A stretch of DNA of 64,000 nucleotides from assembly GCA_964422025.1 (NCBI GenBank), contig CAYQYZ010000002.1, positions 3,765 through 67,764 of the forward strand, read 5' to 3'. Below, in pieces: positions 39,036 through 47,898 of the stretch (its first letter is position 1; each line of letters opens with the position of its first letter). The notes under the pieces were generated by a model, which worked only from the letters and a program-made list of their open reading frames with translations, did not search any database and was not told where the DNA came from. Source of the DNA: an uncultured Gammaproteobacteria bacterium (GTDB lineage: Bacteria > Patescibacteriota > Microgenomatia > UBA1406 > HO2-37-13b). The position numbers and the translations under genes were made by a program.

Positions 39036-40292
39036 TTATGGTTTATAGTTATACCAATTGTGACCTGGAGAACTTACCAATGTAGTTAAGTGTTCAACGA
39101 TTCTACGCGCATTACGACTCGCAGAAACTTCTGTTGCACTAAGATCTTCAGGTGGTCGAAATCCCATTTTTGACCAAAATGGTTTTGCTGAATCCTTGGG
39201 CCTATTAACTCCCCAAATAGCCCTACCCGTATCGGCGATATACTGCTCGAATTCCTGTACAACTTTCCTTCCAACACCTGTTACGCGTAGGTCTTCCCTA
39301 ACATAAAGATGAGTAATTAATGGAGGTAAATTTCTAATTCCTTCTGTTAAATCTATGTTCAATTGTGTAAGTACCTTCTTATCAGTATTTACAATACCGT
39401 AACTTCCACTCCATGAATCTGATAGAACTCTCGTATTAATTCCATGCATACTAAGCCTTTCTTGTAATGCATAAGCAGCATCTCCATCAGATATTCTGTG
39501 CTTTATTAGTCGTTCTACCGATCCCTCTGAAACTCTTGCAACACCTCTTTCCACATCCCCCGGACCAGGACTGAGCATGCCTAAAGCTAGAATTCCCGCT
39601 GCTGCTCCCCTACCAAGTGATTTATAGGCAGAATCAATTGATTCTGAGCCAGCAGATGTTCCGTTGATCTTGTCACCAATCCACGTAGCAATTCCTCCAA
39701 TTCCAGAAACAGCTTCTGTTGACGCCATGAGTGTTCCTACTGAATTAAGACCCTCTTCTCCCATAAACTTTTCACCTTTTTCATCTCCACCGCACTGACC
39801 AATGGCTTTCCAGAAATATTTCATACTCGGATCCTGCTGACATAAATCATGGCCAGTTGGGTCTGCCGCCATGACGGGATTGTTTGAAACATATCCGTAG
39901 CGAACAGGTCCTTTGACTGAGTCAGGTTGGATAAAAAGCGCGCTTGTTGGGTTGTAATAACGGGCGTTGTAATTATAAACTGAAGATTCATCAGTTACCT
40001 TTTGTTGACCGGTGTATTGTTTGTTCGTCTCTCTCAGAGGGACTTGAGTTATCGAGGAGCCATATGGATAGTATGAAGGGGCGTTTGAAACTGTTCCTTT
40101 CTCAGAAATAACTACTTTGGTGGATGAAAGATAATCTGAAACGAGGATTTTTTTGGTGGTAGCTTCATCCTTTTTCTCTACAATTACCGTAGATTTATGC
40201 AAAGGAATCTGCAAACGTGAAGTATGTGAAGCAGCAAAAGCAACGCGTGGAGAAAATAGGACCACGAAAACAGCCAGCACAACAAGGTACAT
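39036..40292 (-). CDS. Polymorphic toxin: signal peptide + RHS/YD core-end motif + GNAT-like acetyltransferase C-terminal domain
   Basis: MYLVVLAVFVVLFSPRVAFA. YYPYGSS..YTGQQKV..SVYNYNARYYNPTSALFIQPDSVKGPVRYGYVSNNPVMAADPTGHD is an RHS repeat-associated core end. The C-terminus LYVREDLRVTGVGRKVVQEFEQYI...FWSKMGF fits the GNAT motif A pattern R-x-x-G-x-G. Confidence 0.8.
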   Translation of the reverse strand: MYLVVLAVFVVLFSPRVAFAASHTSRLQIPLHKSTVIVEKKDEATTKKILVSDYLSSTKVVISEKGTVSNAPSYYPYGSSITQVPLRETNKQYTGQQKVTDESSVYNYNARYYNPTSALFIQPDSVKGPVRYGYVSNNPVMAADPTGHDLCQQDPSMKYFWKAIGQCGGDEKGEKFMGEEGLNSVGTLMASTEAVSGIGGIATWIGDKINGTSAGSESIDSAYKSLGRGAAAGILALGMLSPGPGDVERGVARVSEGSVERLIKHRISDGDAAYALQERLSMHGINTRVLSDSWSGSYGIVNTDKKVLTQLNIDLTEGIRNLPPLITHLYVREDLRVTGVGRKVVQEFEQYIADTGRAIWGVNRPKDSAKPFWSKMGFRPPEDLSATEVSASRNARRIVEHLTTLVSSPGHNWYNYKP

Positions 40293-40352
40293 ATAAATAT
40301 AAAACTAATCTAAATCAGGAAGAATTACAAGTGGTAAGCCCTAAATCGATGA

Positions 40353-41189
40353 TTAATCAACCTTTACCTGTACCGAAGGAGTCATTGAAAGTTTAAGATA
40401 CGCAGATTTGATGTTTTTTGTGTTTACGGCTTTTATGAAAGCGGCAATGTTTTCAACCAATTGTTTGTCTTCAAACGATTTTTTACCCACTAATTGATGA
40501 AGCAATGGGAATTTAGCTTCAGATTTAAATCGCAACGCTCCACCTGAATATTTCTTAGCAACTTCTTCTGGTTTCTCAGAAACGGTGCCGTTTTTAGGGT
40601 TTGGCATAAGTCCTTTAGGTCCTAAAACTCGTGCGACCTTGGCTAATTTTGGCATAAACGATGGATGAGTGATAAGTACATCAAAATCGATTTTTCCACC
40701 TTCTATAGCCGCAAGTAATTCATCGGTCACGACCGCTACTTTTACTGATTTTCCGGTACCATGTGGAAGCGTGACTTCACCTTTTATACCTGCTTCGACT
40801 AAATTAAGGTGCAGTTCGACAGATTCATCGAATTTAGCTGTAGATATTTTTTTCAAAAGGGAAACGCCTTGAACGACTGTGTAAACTTCATCACTCGTGA
40901 CTTGTCGCTTGGCTGCTCGGTAGTTTTTTCCACGAGCGTGTGCTTTAGATGATTTTTTTCCGCCAGCTGGCGGATTTTTAGCATCTTTTTTTTCTGAAAC
41001 TTCATCGCTCAACTCTGTAGGTTCAAAAGCAGCGGTCACTTCGGGAGATTCAATGACTTCTTTTTCTTTTTTAACCTTTTCAGCTTCGACGCTTTCAGCC
41101 TTTTTAGCTGCACGACGAACAGCAGCATCTTGAGCTTGTTTTTTTTCAACGTCTTCGTTTCCGATTAATTTGGTTCTAATTTTTCCCAT
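40353..41189 (-). CDS. rplA: Ribosomal protein L1 with ~90-aa charged N-terminal extension
   Basis: ...KNYRAAKRQVTSDEVYTV..., VELHLNLVEAGIKGEVTLPHGTGKSVKVAV, ARVLGPKGLMPNPKNGTV. Confidence 0.9.
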   Translation of the reverse strand: MGKIRTKLIGNEDVEKKQAQDAAVRRAAKKAESVEAEKVKKEKEVIESPEVTAAFEPTELSDEVSEKKDAKNPPAGGKKSSKAHARGKNYRAAKRQVTSDEVYTVVQGVSLLKKISTAKFDESVELHLNLVEAGIKGEVTLPHGTGKSVKVAVVTDELLAAIEGGKIDFDVLITHPSFMPKLAKVARVLGPKGLMPNPKNGTVSEKPEEVAKKYSGGALRFKSEAKFPLLHQLVGKKSFEDKQLVENIAAFIKAVNTKNIKSAYLKLSMTPSVQVKVD

Positions 41190-41194
41190 AGGTG

Positions 41195-41617
41195 TTATTC
41201 AGTTTCAATTCCCATTGAACGGGCGGTTCCATACACAATATTAACTGCTTGTTCTACGTCATTTGCGTTCAAGTCATCCATTTTTTCTTTTGCAATTTTT
41301 TCAGCAATTGCGCGTGAAAGCTTACCGGCTTTTTCACGTCCGGCATTTCCACTGCCTTTGGCAATTCCTAGTTCCTTTTTAATCATGGCGGTTACTGGAG
41401 GAAGTTTGGTAATGAATGTGAATGATCGATCTTCGTAAACGGTAATGACGGCTGGAATGATTTGACCTTTTTGGTCGGCAGTTTTAGCATTGTATTCTTT
41501 AATGAAGTCCATGATTGGAACTCCATGTTGCCCTAAAACTGGTCCAACAGGAGGAGCAGGAGTTGCTTCACCAGCAGGTAAGTTAATTTTGATCAATGTT
41601 TTTATTTGTTTTGCCAT
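41195..41617 (-). CDS. rplK: Ribosomal protein L11
   Basis: [31 protein letters not shown]... Confidence 0.95.
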   Translation of the reverse strand: MAKQIKTLIKINLPAGEATPAPPVGPVLGQHGVPIMDFIKEYNAKTADQKGQIIPAVITVYEDRSFTFITKLPPVTAMIKKELGIAKGSGNAGREKAGKLSRAIAEKIAKEKMDDLNANDVEQAVNIVYGTARSMGIETE

Positions 41618-41623
41618 ATTATT

Positions 41624-42232
41624 TTAGAGCTTTGCAATTTGCAAGAAATCCAATTCTACCACAGTTTCGCGCTGAAAGATGTCGACAAGTACGCGAACCT
41701 TTCCTTTAGTGTCATCAATTGACTCAATAGTAGCAAAAGAATCCGATAATGGACCGTCCGTAATCTTGACTGGCATACCGACTGAAAACTTTGTCTTGAA
41801 TGTTGGTTCTTTTTGTTCTACGAATCGTCGAATAGCTTCTACTTCTTTTTCGGTGATAGGTGTTGGTTTTGTTCCAGCACCTACAAATCCGGTAATTCCC
41901 TGGGTTGTTCGAACAACAAGCCATGAATTATCATCAAGAATCATACGAATAAGAAGGTATCCTGGGAATACTTTTTCCTTGATCATCTTCTTTTGACTCT
42001 TTTTGATCGTCATGACTTCGCGCATAGGAATAACGATTTCAAAAATACGATCGGAGATTCCAAGCGTTTTGACACGTTGTTCCAAACCTTCTTTTGCTTT
42101 GGCTTCAAAGCCAGATTGAGCATGAACTACATACCATTTACCAGCATTTTGTGCGTCAGGCGTTGGAATAGCATCCTGTGTAGCAGGTTCAACGGGTTCT
42201 GTTATTGGATCTTGTTTTATATCGTCAGCCAT
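41624..42232 (-). CDS. nusG: Transcription antitermination factor NusG (N-terminal extension)
   Basis: WYVVHAQSGFEAKAKEGLEQR.., FPGYLLIRM, and a KOW segment VGMPVKITDGPLSDSFATIESID. The start MADDIKQ at 42232 follows the secE stop. Confidence 0.9.
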   Translation of the reverse strand: MADDIKQDPITEPVEPATQDAIPTPDAQNAGKWYVVHAQSGFEAKAKEGLEQRVKTLGISDRIFEIVIPMREVMTIKKSQKKMIKEKVFPGYLLIRMILDDNSWLVVRTTQGITGFVGAGTKPTPITEKEVEAIRRFVEQKEPTFKTKFSVGMPVKITDGPLSDSFATIESIDDTKGKVRVLVDIFQRETVVELDFLQIAKL

Positions 42233-42233
42233 A

Positions 42234-42431
42234 TCAGCGTTGGGTAAAATAAGTAAGGACTTGTGCAAGTCCAAGGTCTATTATACCGATATATATGCCT
42301 ACAATCAAGGAGATAGCAAAAACAGCCATGGTAAGGCGTATTGCTTCTGCTCGTTTTGGCCAGGTAACCTTTTTAAGTTCTTCTCTAATTTCGTTGGCAA
42401 ATACTTTTCGGTCTATTTTTTTTGAATCCAT
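42234..42431 (-). CDS. secE: Preprotein translocase subunit SecE
   Basis: IREELKKVTWPKRAEAIRLTMAVFAISLIVGIYIGIIDLGL. The conserved secE-nusG-rplK-rplA order supports the call. Confidence 0.8.
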   Translation of the reverse strand: MDSKKIDRKVFANEIREELKKVTWPKRAEAIRLTMAVFAISLIVGIYIGIIDLGLAQVLTYFTQR

Positions 42432-42470
42432 AAGATATATTGTAGCATAGAGTTTACTATAATAATAGTC

Positions 42471-42992
42471 ATGAAACGAATACAAACATCGCCTGCACTC
42501 CCTACTCTATTGTCGGGGTTATTACTATTTAGTATGTCTTTTGGAAATATATACGCTTCTACCACAACATCGGGCGCGTTTCGAATTGATAAGCCGCAAG
42601 TAATTATACAAGGTGGATTAAATGGAGAAGGAATGGTAGGAATTGCACAAAGGAGCTCGGCACAAGATGCACTGGAATTCCAAAAAACGGGTGTATTAAT
42701 TCAGCGCGCAGCAGGATCAAGTTTGAAAGCAACCGTAGGCATGCAACTTATTGAAATTGGGGAAACCAATATGGATATTCCAAATGTACCCATGTATGTG
42801 AGCAGCAAAACTGCATATGAGTATATACACGTTCGTAGAGGTTCAGATTTACATCGTTCGGTAACTTATACCTTACTACAGAAGCTTGACCAAAATGGTA
42901 CGAGTGATTCGATTAGCCTAGCTCTTCCTACAGATCTTTCGGGGAAGAATTCATTTTTAGGCACGTTAGAAATATTTGCGGGGTCATACTAA
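42471..42992 (+). CDS. Secreted hypothetical protein (173 aa)
   Basis: Signal peptide MKRIQTSPALPTLLSGLLLFSMSFGNIYAS. No recognised domain. Confidence 0.6.
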   Translation: MKRIQTSPALPTLLSGLLLFSMSFGNIYASTTTSGAFRIDKPQVIIQGGLNGEGMVGIAQRSSAQDALEFQKTGVLIQRAAGSSLKATVGMQLIEIGETNMDIPNVPMYVSSKTAYEYIHVRRGSDLHRSVTYTLLQKLDQNGTSDSISLALPTDLSGKNSFLGTLEIFAGSY

Positions 42993-42993
42993 T

Positions 42994-43941
42994 ATGAGAT
43001 TGCGTATATATATTATTGTATTAATCCTTGCGGGAGCATTCCCTGTGGCTGCACATGCGCAGAGCGTTGGGGTGGAAATTCAACCAGAACTGAGCACGGT
43101 GTATGTTAAACCAGGAAGTACTATTAAGATCCCTATTGTGGTCAAAAATACGGGCAACCAGGGTTCGTTTATAGCAGAAGGAGTTGCGCTTCAACCACAA
43201 GGCAACCAGGGCTCTATGGTGCAAGCACGGGATCTTCCACGAGGGATTAGTATTGAAACCCTCGCGAACGAACCGTTCTTTTTACCTACAGGTGCAGAAA
43301 AAAAGCTAGAGATGACAATTACGATCGATCCCCTACTTGCTCCTCGTGACTATTACCTCGCTACTCAAGTTACTTCCGTGGGTAAGAAAAGAAGCGAAGG
43401 CAAAAGTAGTATCGCTATCGATCTTTCTGCATTCTCGACCGTGTTATTAACTATAACCAATGATGGAAATATGAATATTTCAGGGTATATTAATTCTTTA
43501 ACAACAGGAAAAGATTCTAACGTGCGATTTTTTGATAGTACCCAGGCTATTCCTTTAGATCTGATTATGCATAATAGCGGAGATAATTGGATGTATACGT
43601 CGGGAACAATTGCTATTTCCGATATGTTCGGAAATATGGAGCTGATTCAAATTCCCCAACAACGAGTGCTAGCAGGTACAAAACGTTTAGTGAGAAGTTT
43701 GCAAACTACTACTCCCCAACACACGGCGATTTTGTCGGGTATGCATATGGGAAAATATACCGTAACCGCTCGAATGGCTGTTGAAGGTAAAAATACGATG
43801 CCAACTAAGACCATTACCTTTATTGCATTTCCGTTTAGACTCATCGGAGCATTAAGTCTTCTTGGCATTTTAGCTACGGTTATAGGCGCTCGCGCAAACC
43901 GTCCTGCCCAGCAACGGCAAGTCCATCCTCATCGATTGTAA
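42994..43941 (+). CDS. Secreted protein with C-terminal TM anchor (CARDB/DUF916-like N-domain, by eye)
   Basis: MRLRIYIIVLILAGAFPVAAHA signal. VYVKPGSTIKIPIVVKNTGNQGSF. C-terminal FRLIGALSLLGILATVIGARANR. Track start is 42976. Confidence 0.6.
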   Translation: MRLRIYIIVLILAGAFPVAAHAQSVGVEIQPELSTVYVKPGSTIKIPIVVKNTGNQGSFIAEGVALQPQGNQGSMVQARDLPRGISIETLANEPFFLPTGAEKKLEMTITIDPLLAPRDYYLATQVTSVGKKRSEGKSSIAIDLSAFSTVLLTITNDGNMNISGYINSLTTGKDSNVRFFDSTQAIPLDLIMHNSGDNWMYTSGTIAISDMFGNMELIQIPQQRVLAGTKRLVRSLQTTTPQHTAILSGMHMGKYTVTARMAVEGKNTMPTKTITFIAFPFRLIGALSLLGILATVIGARANRPAQQRQVHPHRL

Positions 43942-44770
43942 TAGTAATATCTCCTCGGTCGCGAGTCATGTAGAATTTTTTACCCAAGGCCTTGAAGTAA
44001 TCTAGTGTGGCTTTGGATGGATGATTGAAGCGATTTTTCATTCCTACACTTATCACACTAAGGGTTGGGTCTGCTAAGTTTAAAAAATCGTAGGTTAATC
44101 CGTTTTGTGAGCCATGATGAGGTACTTTAAGCACGTCAACATTTTGAAGGGTAGACGGATTATTTTGTGCAAGCACAGAAAGTACGAACGGACTTACGTC
44201 ACCAGCAAATAAGAACCGATAATTCTGAAAATTGAGCAAAAATACCTGAGAATGCTCATTAAGGTCACTACTAACGAGTCCGGTTGATGGCCATAGAAAA
44301 TCGAGTTTTGTCGTGGAATCTAATTTAATCTGTTGAGGAGCCGTGATGGTGCTTATGATTGTGCTATCCTCCAGCAAGAGCGCCTTAAGTTGTGCGTATG
44401 ATTTTGAATCTGTTTCCCCGGAACTTATGTAGAATCGTTCTATCCGGTAGTTTTGAGCTACTCCCAAAAATCCTCCATAATGATCAAAATGAGGATGACT
44501 AAGGAAGACATACTCGATAGTTTTATCAAAGAGGGGCATATTGCGGCCCAGACAACTGAGTATATGGTTGTCTGGGCCAGCATCGACTACTACATCGATA
44601 CCTGTAGGAGTTCTAATGTACGCACCGTCCCCTTGTCCAACGTCACAAAATACTACACGTCCGGAGTTTTTTTCAATGTATCCTCGGGTGAGCTGGATTG
44701 CTGAGATGAATAAACAAACCACGCTTACAATTACAATCCACCGATATGATATGGGTGAATTTTCATACAT
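43880..44770 (-). CDS. comEC: ComEC C-terminal metallo-beta-lactamase domain protein (separate ORF)
   Basis: VVFCDVGQGDGAYIRTP, FLSHPHFDHYGGF, VPHHGSQNG. Confidence 0.85.
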   Translation of the reverse strand: MYENSPISYRWIVIVSVVCLFISAIQLTRGYIEKNSGRVVFCDVGQGDGAYIRTPTGIDVVVDAGPDNHILSCLGRNMPLFDKTIEYVFLSHPHFDHYGGFLGVAQNYRIERFYISSGETDSKSYAQLKALLLEDSTIISTITAPQQIKLDSTTKLDFLWPSTGLVSSDLNEHSQVFLLNFQNYRFLFAGDVSPFVLSVLAQNNPSTLQNVDVLKVPHHGSQNGLTYDFLNLADPTLSVISVGMKNRFNHPSKATLDYFKALGKKFYMTRDRGDITITIDEDGLAVAGQDGLRERL

Positions 44771-44771
44771 A

Positions 44772-45590
44772 TTACATTTGAATAAATACGAACGGTATTT
44801 TTGCTAACATATCTACTATCCATAGAACATAGTCAAGCATGCTGAATACAATAAATGCAGGTAATAGGCCAAGGACGTATGAGATCTTCCCGAGGATAAC
44901 GGTAATAAACCCAACAATCATAATCGGACCTACCATGAAGCAAACTAGTACATTGGCGAGTGGAGCGATAATTGAGAATTGCCCAAAATGAAAGAAGATG
45001 AGCGGCGCGGTAAACAACTGCGCCGCGATAGATGTTCTGAATTCTCTTTTGAACTCTTGTACAATCTTTGCTTTAAACGTTCGTACTTCTTTATGATGAT
45101 TTGTATTAAACAGGAGCAAGCCCAGGGTCGCTCCGTACGAAAGCTGAAACGATATACTCGTGATCCATTCTGGCCAGAAAATACCCACAAATACCCCTGA
45201 TAAAAGGAGTAGATACAGTGGCTGTGCCTTTCTTCCAACTAGTAATGCAACGATCGTGAAAACACTGCAAAAACCGGCACGGACAACTGGGGCTTGTGGA
45301 GAAACGAAAGCAATAAAAAATATGATGATTAGCACGCTCAGCAATGAGGCTACTCTTCTGCCAAAAACGCCCATAATTCTCATGACGATACTCGTCATTA
45401 TGGTTATATTCATGCCTGAAAGAACGACCATATGGAGCAATCCTACAATTTTTAGTTTTTCATGCAAATCTTTATAGCCATTAACAGGTAATCCGAGTAG
45501 CATTCCATTTAAAAGTGCCGCATGCGGCTGAGGCAAGTACATTTCAGCCACCATTGCCAGCGTTTGGGGTGTAGGCATATTACAGCGCAA
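44772..45590 (-). CDS. comEC: ComEC/Rec2 competence membrane-channel domain protein (separate ORF)
   Basis: Polytopic: LLNGMLLGLPVNGYKDLHEKLKIVGLLHMVVLSGMNITI..., SFQLSYGATLGLLLF. Its stop lies 1 nt before the MBL ORF start. Confidence 0.85.
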   Translation of the reverse strand: MRCNMPTPQTLAMVAEMYLPQPHAALLNGMLLGLPVNGYKDLHEKLKIVGLLHMVVLSGMNITIMTSIVMRIMGVFGRRVASLLSVLIIIFFIAFVSPQAPVVRAGFCSVFTIVALLVGRKAQPLYLLLLSGVFVGIFWPEWITSISFQLSYGATLGLLLFNTNHHKEVRTFKAKIVQEFKREFRTSIAAQLFTAPLIFFHFGQFSIIAPLANVLVCFMVGPIMIVGFITVILGKISYVLGLLPAFIVFSMLDYVLWIVDMLAKIPFVFIQM

Positions 45591-46194
45591 TCTGATCTTT
45601 TATCTTGTCGAAAAGTGCCTTTCCAATAACCTTTTTTGTTGCTAAATCGCTAAGCAATTTATACGGTCTTTCATCGATAATCTTGCGCGCAGTTACATCC
45701 CCTACACCAGCTAAGCTGTTCAGACTTTCAAGACTGGCTGAATTTATATGAATAAGCGGGTCATCTTCAATTTCAACCACCACTTGTGCAACCCCGTCGC
45801 CCTGTTTAGGAATATATACCTTTTCTTGGTCAGTAAGCGTACGTGACATATTCATCGTTTTCTCGATTTGCTCTATGTCGGCTTTCTGAGAGTATCCTCC
45901 TGCCTTTTCAATGAGTGACTTTAGTCGAGTATTTTCTGGCAGTTTGTACACGTCCGGATATAATACTGCACCGGCGATGTCAACATATACATACTTTTCT
46001 TGGGCTTTTGTTGAGAGTTTTTCTGCAGCGGTCAGTCTTACCGGAGGTGTTTTAGCCTGCGTAGGCGTAATCAGAAAAAGTGCACTCGAAGCAAGTATTA
46101 TTAGTAAGGAGAGAGTAATAAGAATCAGTTCAGCTCTAAACTGGCTAATTACTCTACGGATCTGCTCTACCCTTTCTTCATCAAGAAATTCCAT
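45580..46194 (-). CDS. comEA: ComEA DNA-binding competence protein
   Basis: N-terminal TM. VYVDIAGAVLYPDVYKLPENTRLKSLIEKAGG (SLBB-like). INSASLESLNSLAGVGDVTARKIIDERPY (HhH). Confidence 0.85.
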   Translation of the reverse strand: MEFLDEERVEQIRRVISQFRAELILITLSLLIILASSALFLITPTQAKTPPVRLTAAEKLSTKAQEKYVYVDIAGAVLYPDVYKLPENTRLKSLIEKAGGYSQKADIEQIEKTMNMSRTLTDQEKVYIPKQGDGVAQVVVEIEDDPLIHINSASLESLNSLAGVGDVTARKIIDERPYKLLSDLATKKVIGKALFDKIKDQIAL

Positions 46195-46306
46195 ATACCC
46201 GTATCATAGACGGTATTTTTTCTACGTCAACGGCATATAAGTCACATTATTAGGAGTTTGGACTGTTGGAGTAATGTAAGAAAGCTCTTATACCACGTAT
46301 TTTGGC

Positions 46307-46345
46307 AACCTCGGAGGTGGTACGTGCCTGTTCAACCTCGGAGGT
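46307..46345. promoter_or_regulatory. Two copies of the palindromic 13-mer CAACCTCGGAGGT, 26 bp apart, upstream of comEA
   Basis: CAACCTCGGAGGT at ~46307 and ~46333. The first copy is nested in a CACGTA/TACGTG inverted repeat. Confidence 0.45.
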
Positions 46346-46362
46346 TGATAATTGGAAAAGGT

Positions 46363-47112
46363 TTATACCTTTGAAAGGATGCCTTTTACTTCTTTGAAGA
46401 TATCGAATGCTTCGAAGCTAATAAAGTTTCTGCCTACCAAGCTTTTTGGGAGCCCTGGATCTTCGCGTAGAAGCGTAATGTATTCATATAGAATTGCTTT
46501 CATTTTCTCATCCTTAGTTATGTCTTGCGAGAGCACATCGTGCCAGGTTTTGAACATAGCTCGATATCGCTTCTCTAACTCGCTTTTGTTCCACACCTTC
46601 TCGACTAAAATATCCATATTCCCAAATACATGCGTAGCTTCAAACGACTGTATAAAGTTCTCTTCTTCCTTTCCATATACAAGCTCCTTTAAGTTGTGTG
46701 TTATCGGGTGAGGTGTTATCCAGAATGAGCGGTGCCATGGCCCCAGTCCCCATCCGCGCATTTCTCGTCGAAGTCGATCACGGATTTCACGTTTGGATTC
46801 AGGAATTTCGTACGAGATAATCCTCCATAAGCCATCCCATTCTTCATTCACAAATCTGAAAAACGGAAACTCAAGAGACAGTATGGTTAGCCCTTTTGGC
46901 GTAAGTCGGTATCGAGCCTTGTCGGTACTTGAATCATCTTTCTGAAGTGATCCTTCCTTAATAAGTCCAGATAATGTTCCTCGAGTCTTTTGGTTGAGAG
47001 ATATGTCGAATATATCTTGAAGGCGTTCGTTAATTTCTAGTGATTCATCCTGAAGTTCAGGCATTAAGAAAAAAAGAAGCAGTAATTTAATCTTTCTATC
47101 TTTTATTGGCAT
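46363..47112 (-). CDS. PaaX-like transcriptional regulator
   Basis: ..KARYRLTPKGL.., EEWDGLWRIISYEIPESKREIRDRLRREMRGWGLGPWHRSFWITPHPI is the PaaX-family/Cas2-fold pattern. Confidence 0.6.
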   Translation of the reverse strand: MPIKDRKIKLLLLFFLMPELQDESLEINERLQDIFDISLNQKTRGTLSGLIKEGSLQKDDSSTDKARYRLTPKGLTILSLEFPFFRFVNEEWDGLWRIISYEIPESKREIRDRLRREMRGWGLGPWHRSFWITPHPITHNLKELVYGKEEENFIQSFEATHVFGNMDILVEKVWNKSELEKRYRAMFKTWHDVLSQDITKDEKMKAILYEYITLLREDPGLPKSLVGRNFISFEAFDIFKEVKGILSKV

Positions 47113-47861
47113 AAGTATTGTATATTATTGATATCAACGTTCGTGTATTGATATGCAAGAAGACTAACAGACGAAATATTCTTTGTCAATAAGAAATTGA
47201 GGAGAATTAAAATAAACCGGACTAAAATCACCGAAAAAAGTTCTAAAAATCACTTCATGCATGGACATTGCGATTCTGGCTACTCCAACAATCCGATTCA
47301 ATGTATAAAAAAAGCTAGCACTTAACTATCAACTCTGCTTTTTTCAAGCTATAATAGATATGCACCAAATTTCACGAAAACTCATAATCTTCATTACATT
47401 TGCAAAAAAATGTAACAGCTTACTAAATAGTACAACTAACTAGTCTTAAAACCTCTCACAAGGCCTCAGAAATTACTCGGATTGTCACAGCTGTCCAAAC
47501 ATAAATTTTGTTTTGCATAATATCGTGAAATATTTGTTAACAAACTGAATTTGCACTTCTTGTAAATCTGTAATCACTGGTCAAAAAGTGCATGCAATTT
47601 AAGGCTTCATAAGGCCATAAATCTGTATCCAGGCACGAAAATAGAATTGGCAAATTCTGCAAAATCATAAAACTTTACATAAGTACTATTAACCTACTTT
47701 GCTATGAGCTTAATGATATCTTTATATACATTGCGGTCTATTGATATTTCATGCGGTATATTGAATAAATGCAAGTAATTTTAAATATAAGCTCCTAAAT
47801 ACAAGTTTACTTCGCGTCTGCGAACTGTATCATACAGTATCTTTTTGGTTATTTTTAACCC

Positions 47862-47890
47862 TTGACAAGCCCTGGGCAATACTTTAGCAT
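47862..47890 (+). promoter_or_regulatory. Promoter of the integrase-SAM-like / surface-protein operon (leaderless arrangement)
   Basis: TTGACA-N17-TAGCAT, then 8 nt, then ATG 47899. Confidence 0.55.
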
Positions 47891-47898
47891 GAGTAAGT

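Noticed and set aside
47113-47898. CRISPR array or leader in the long AT-rich spacer
   Set aside because: There are no regularly spaced direct repeats of 24-40 nt, only a few short palindromes. No cas genes are present in the window.
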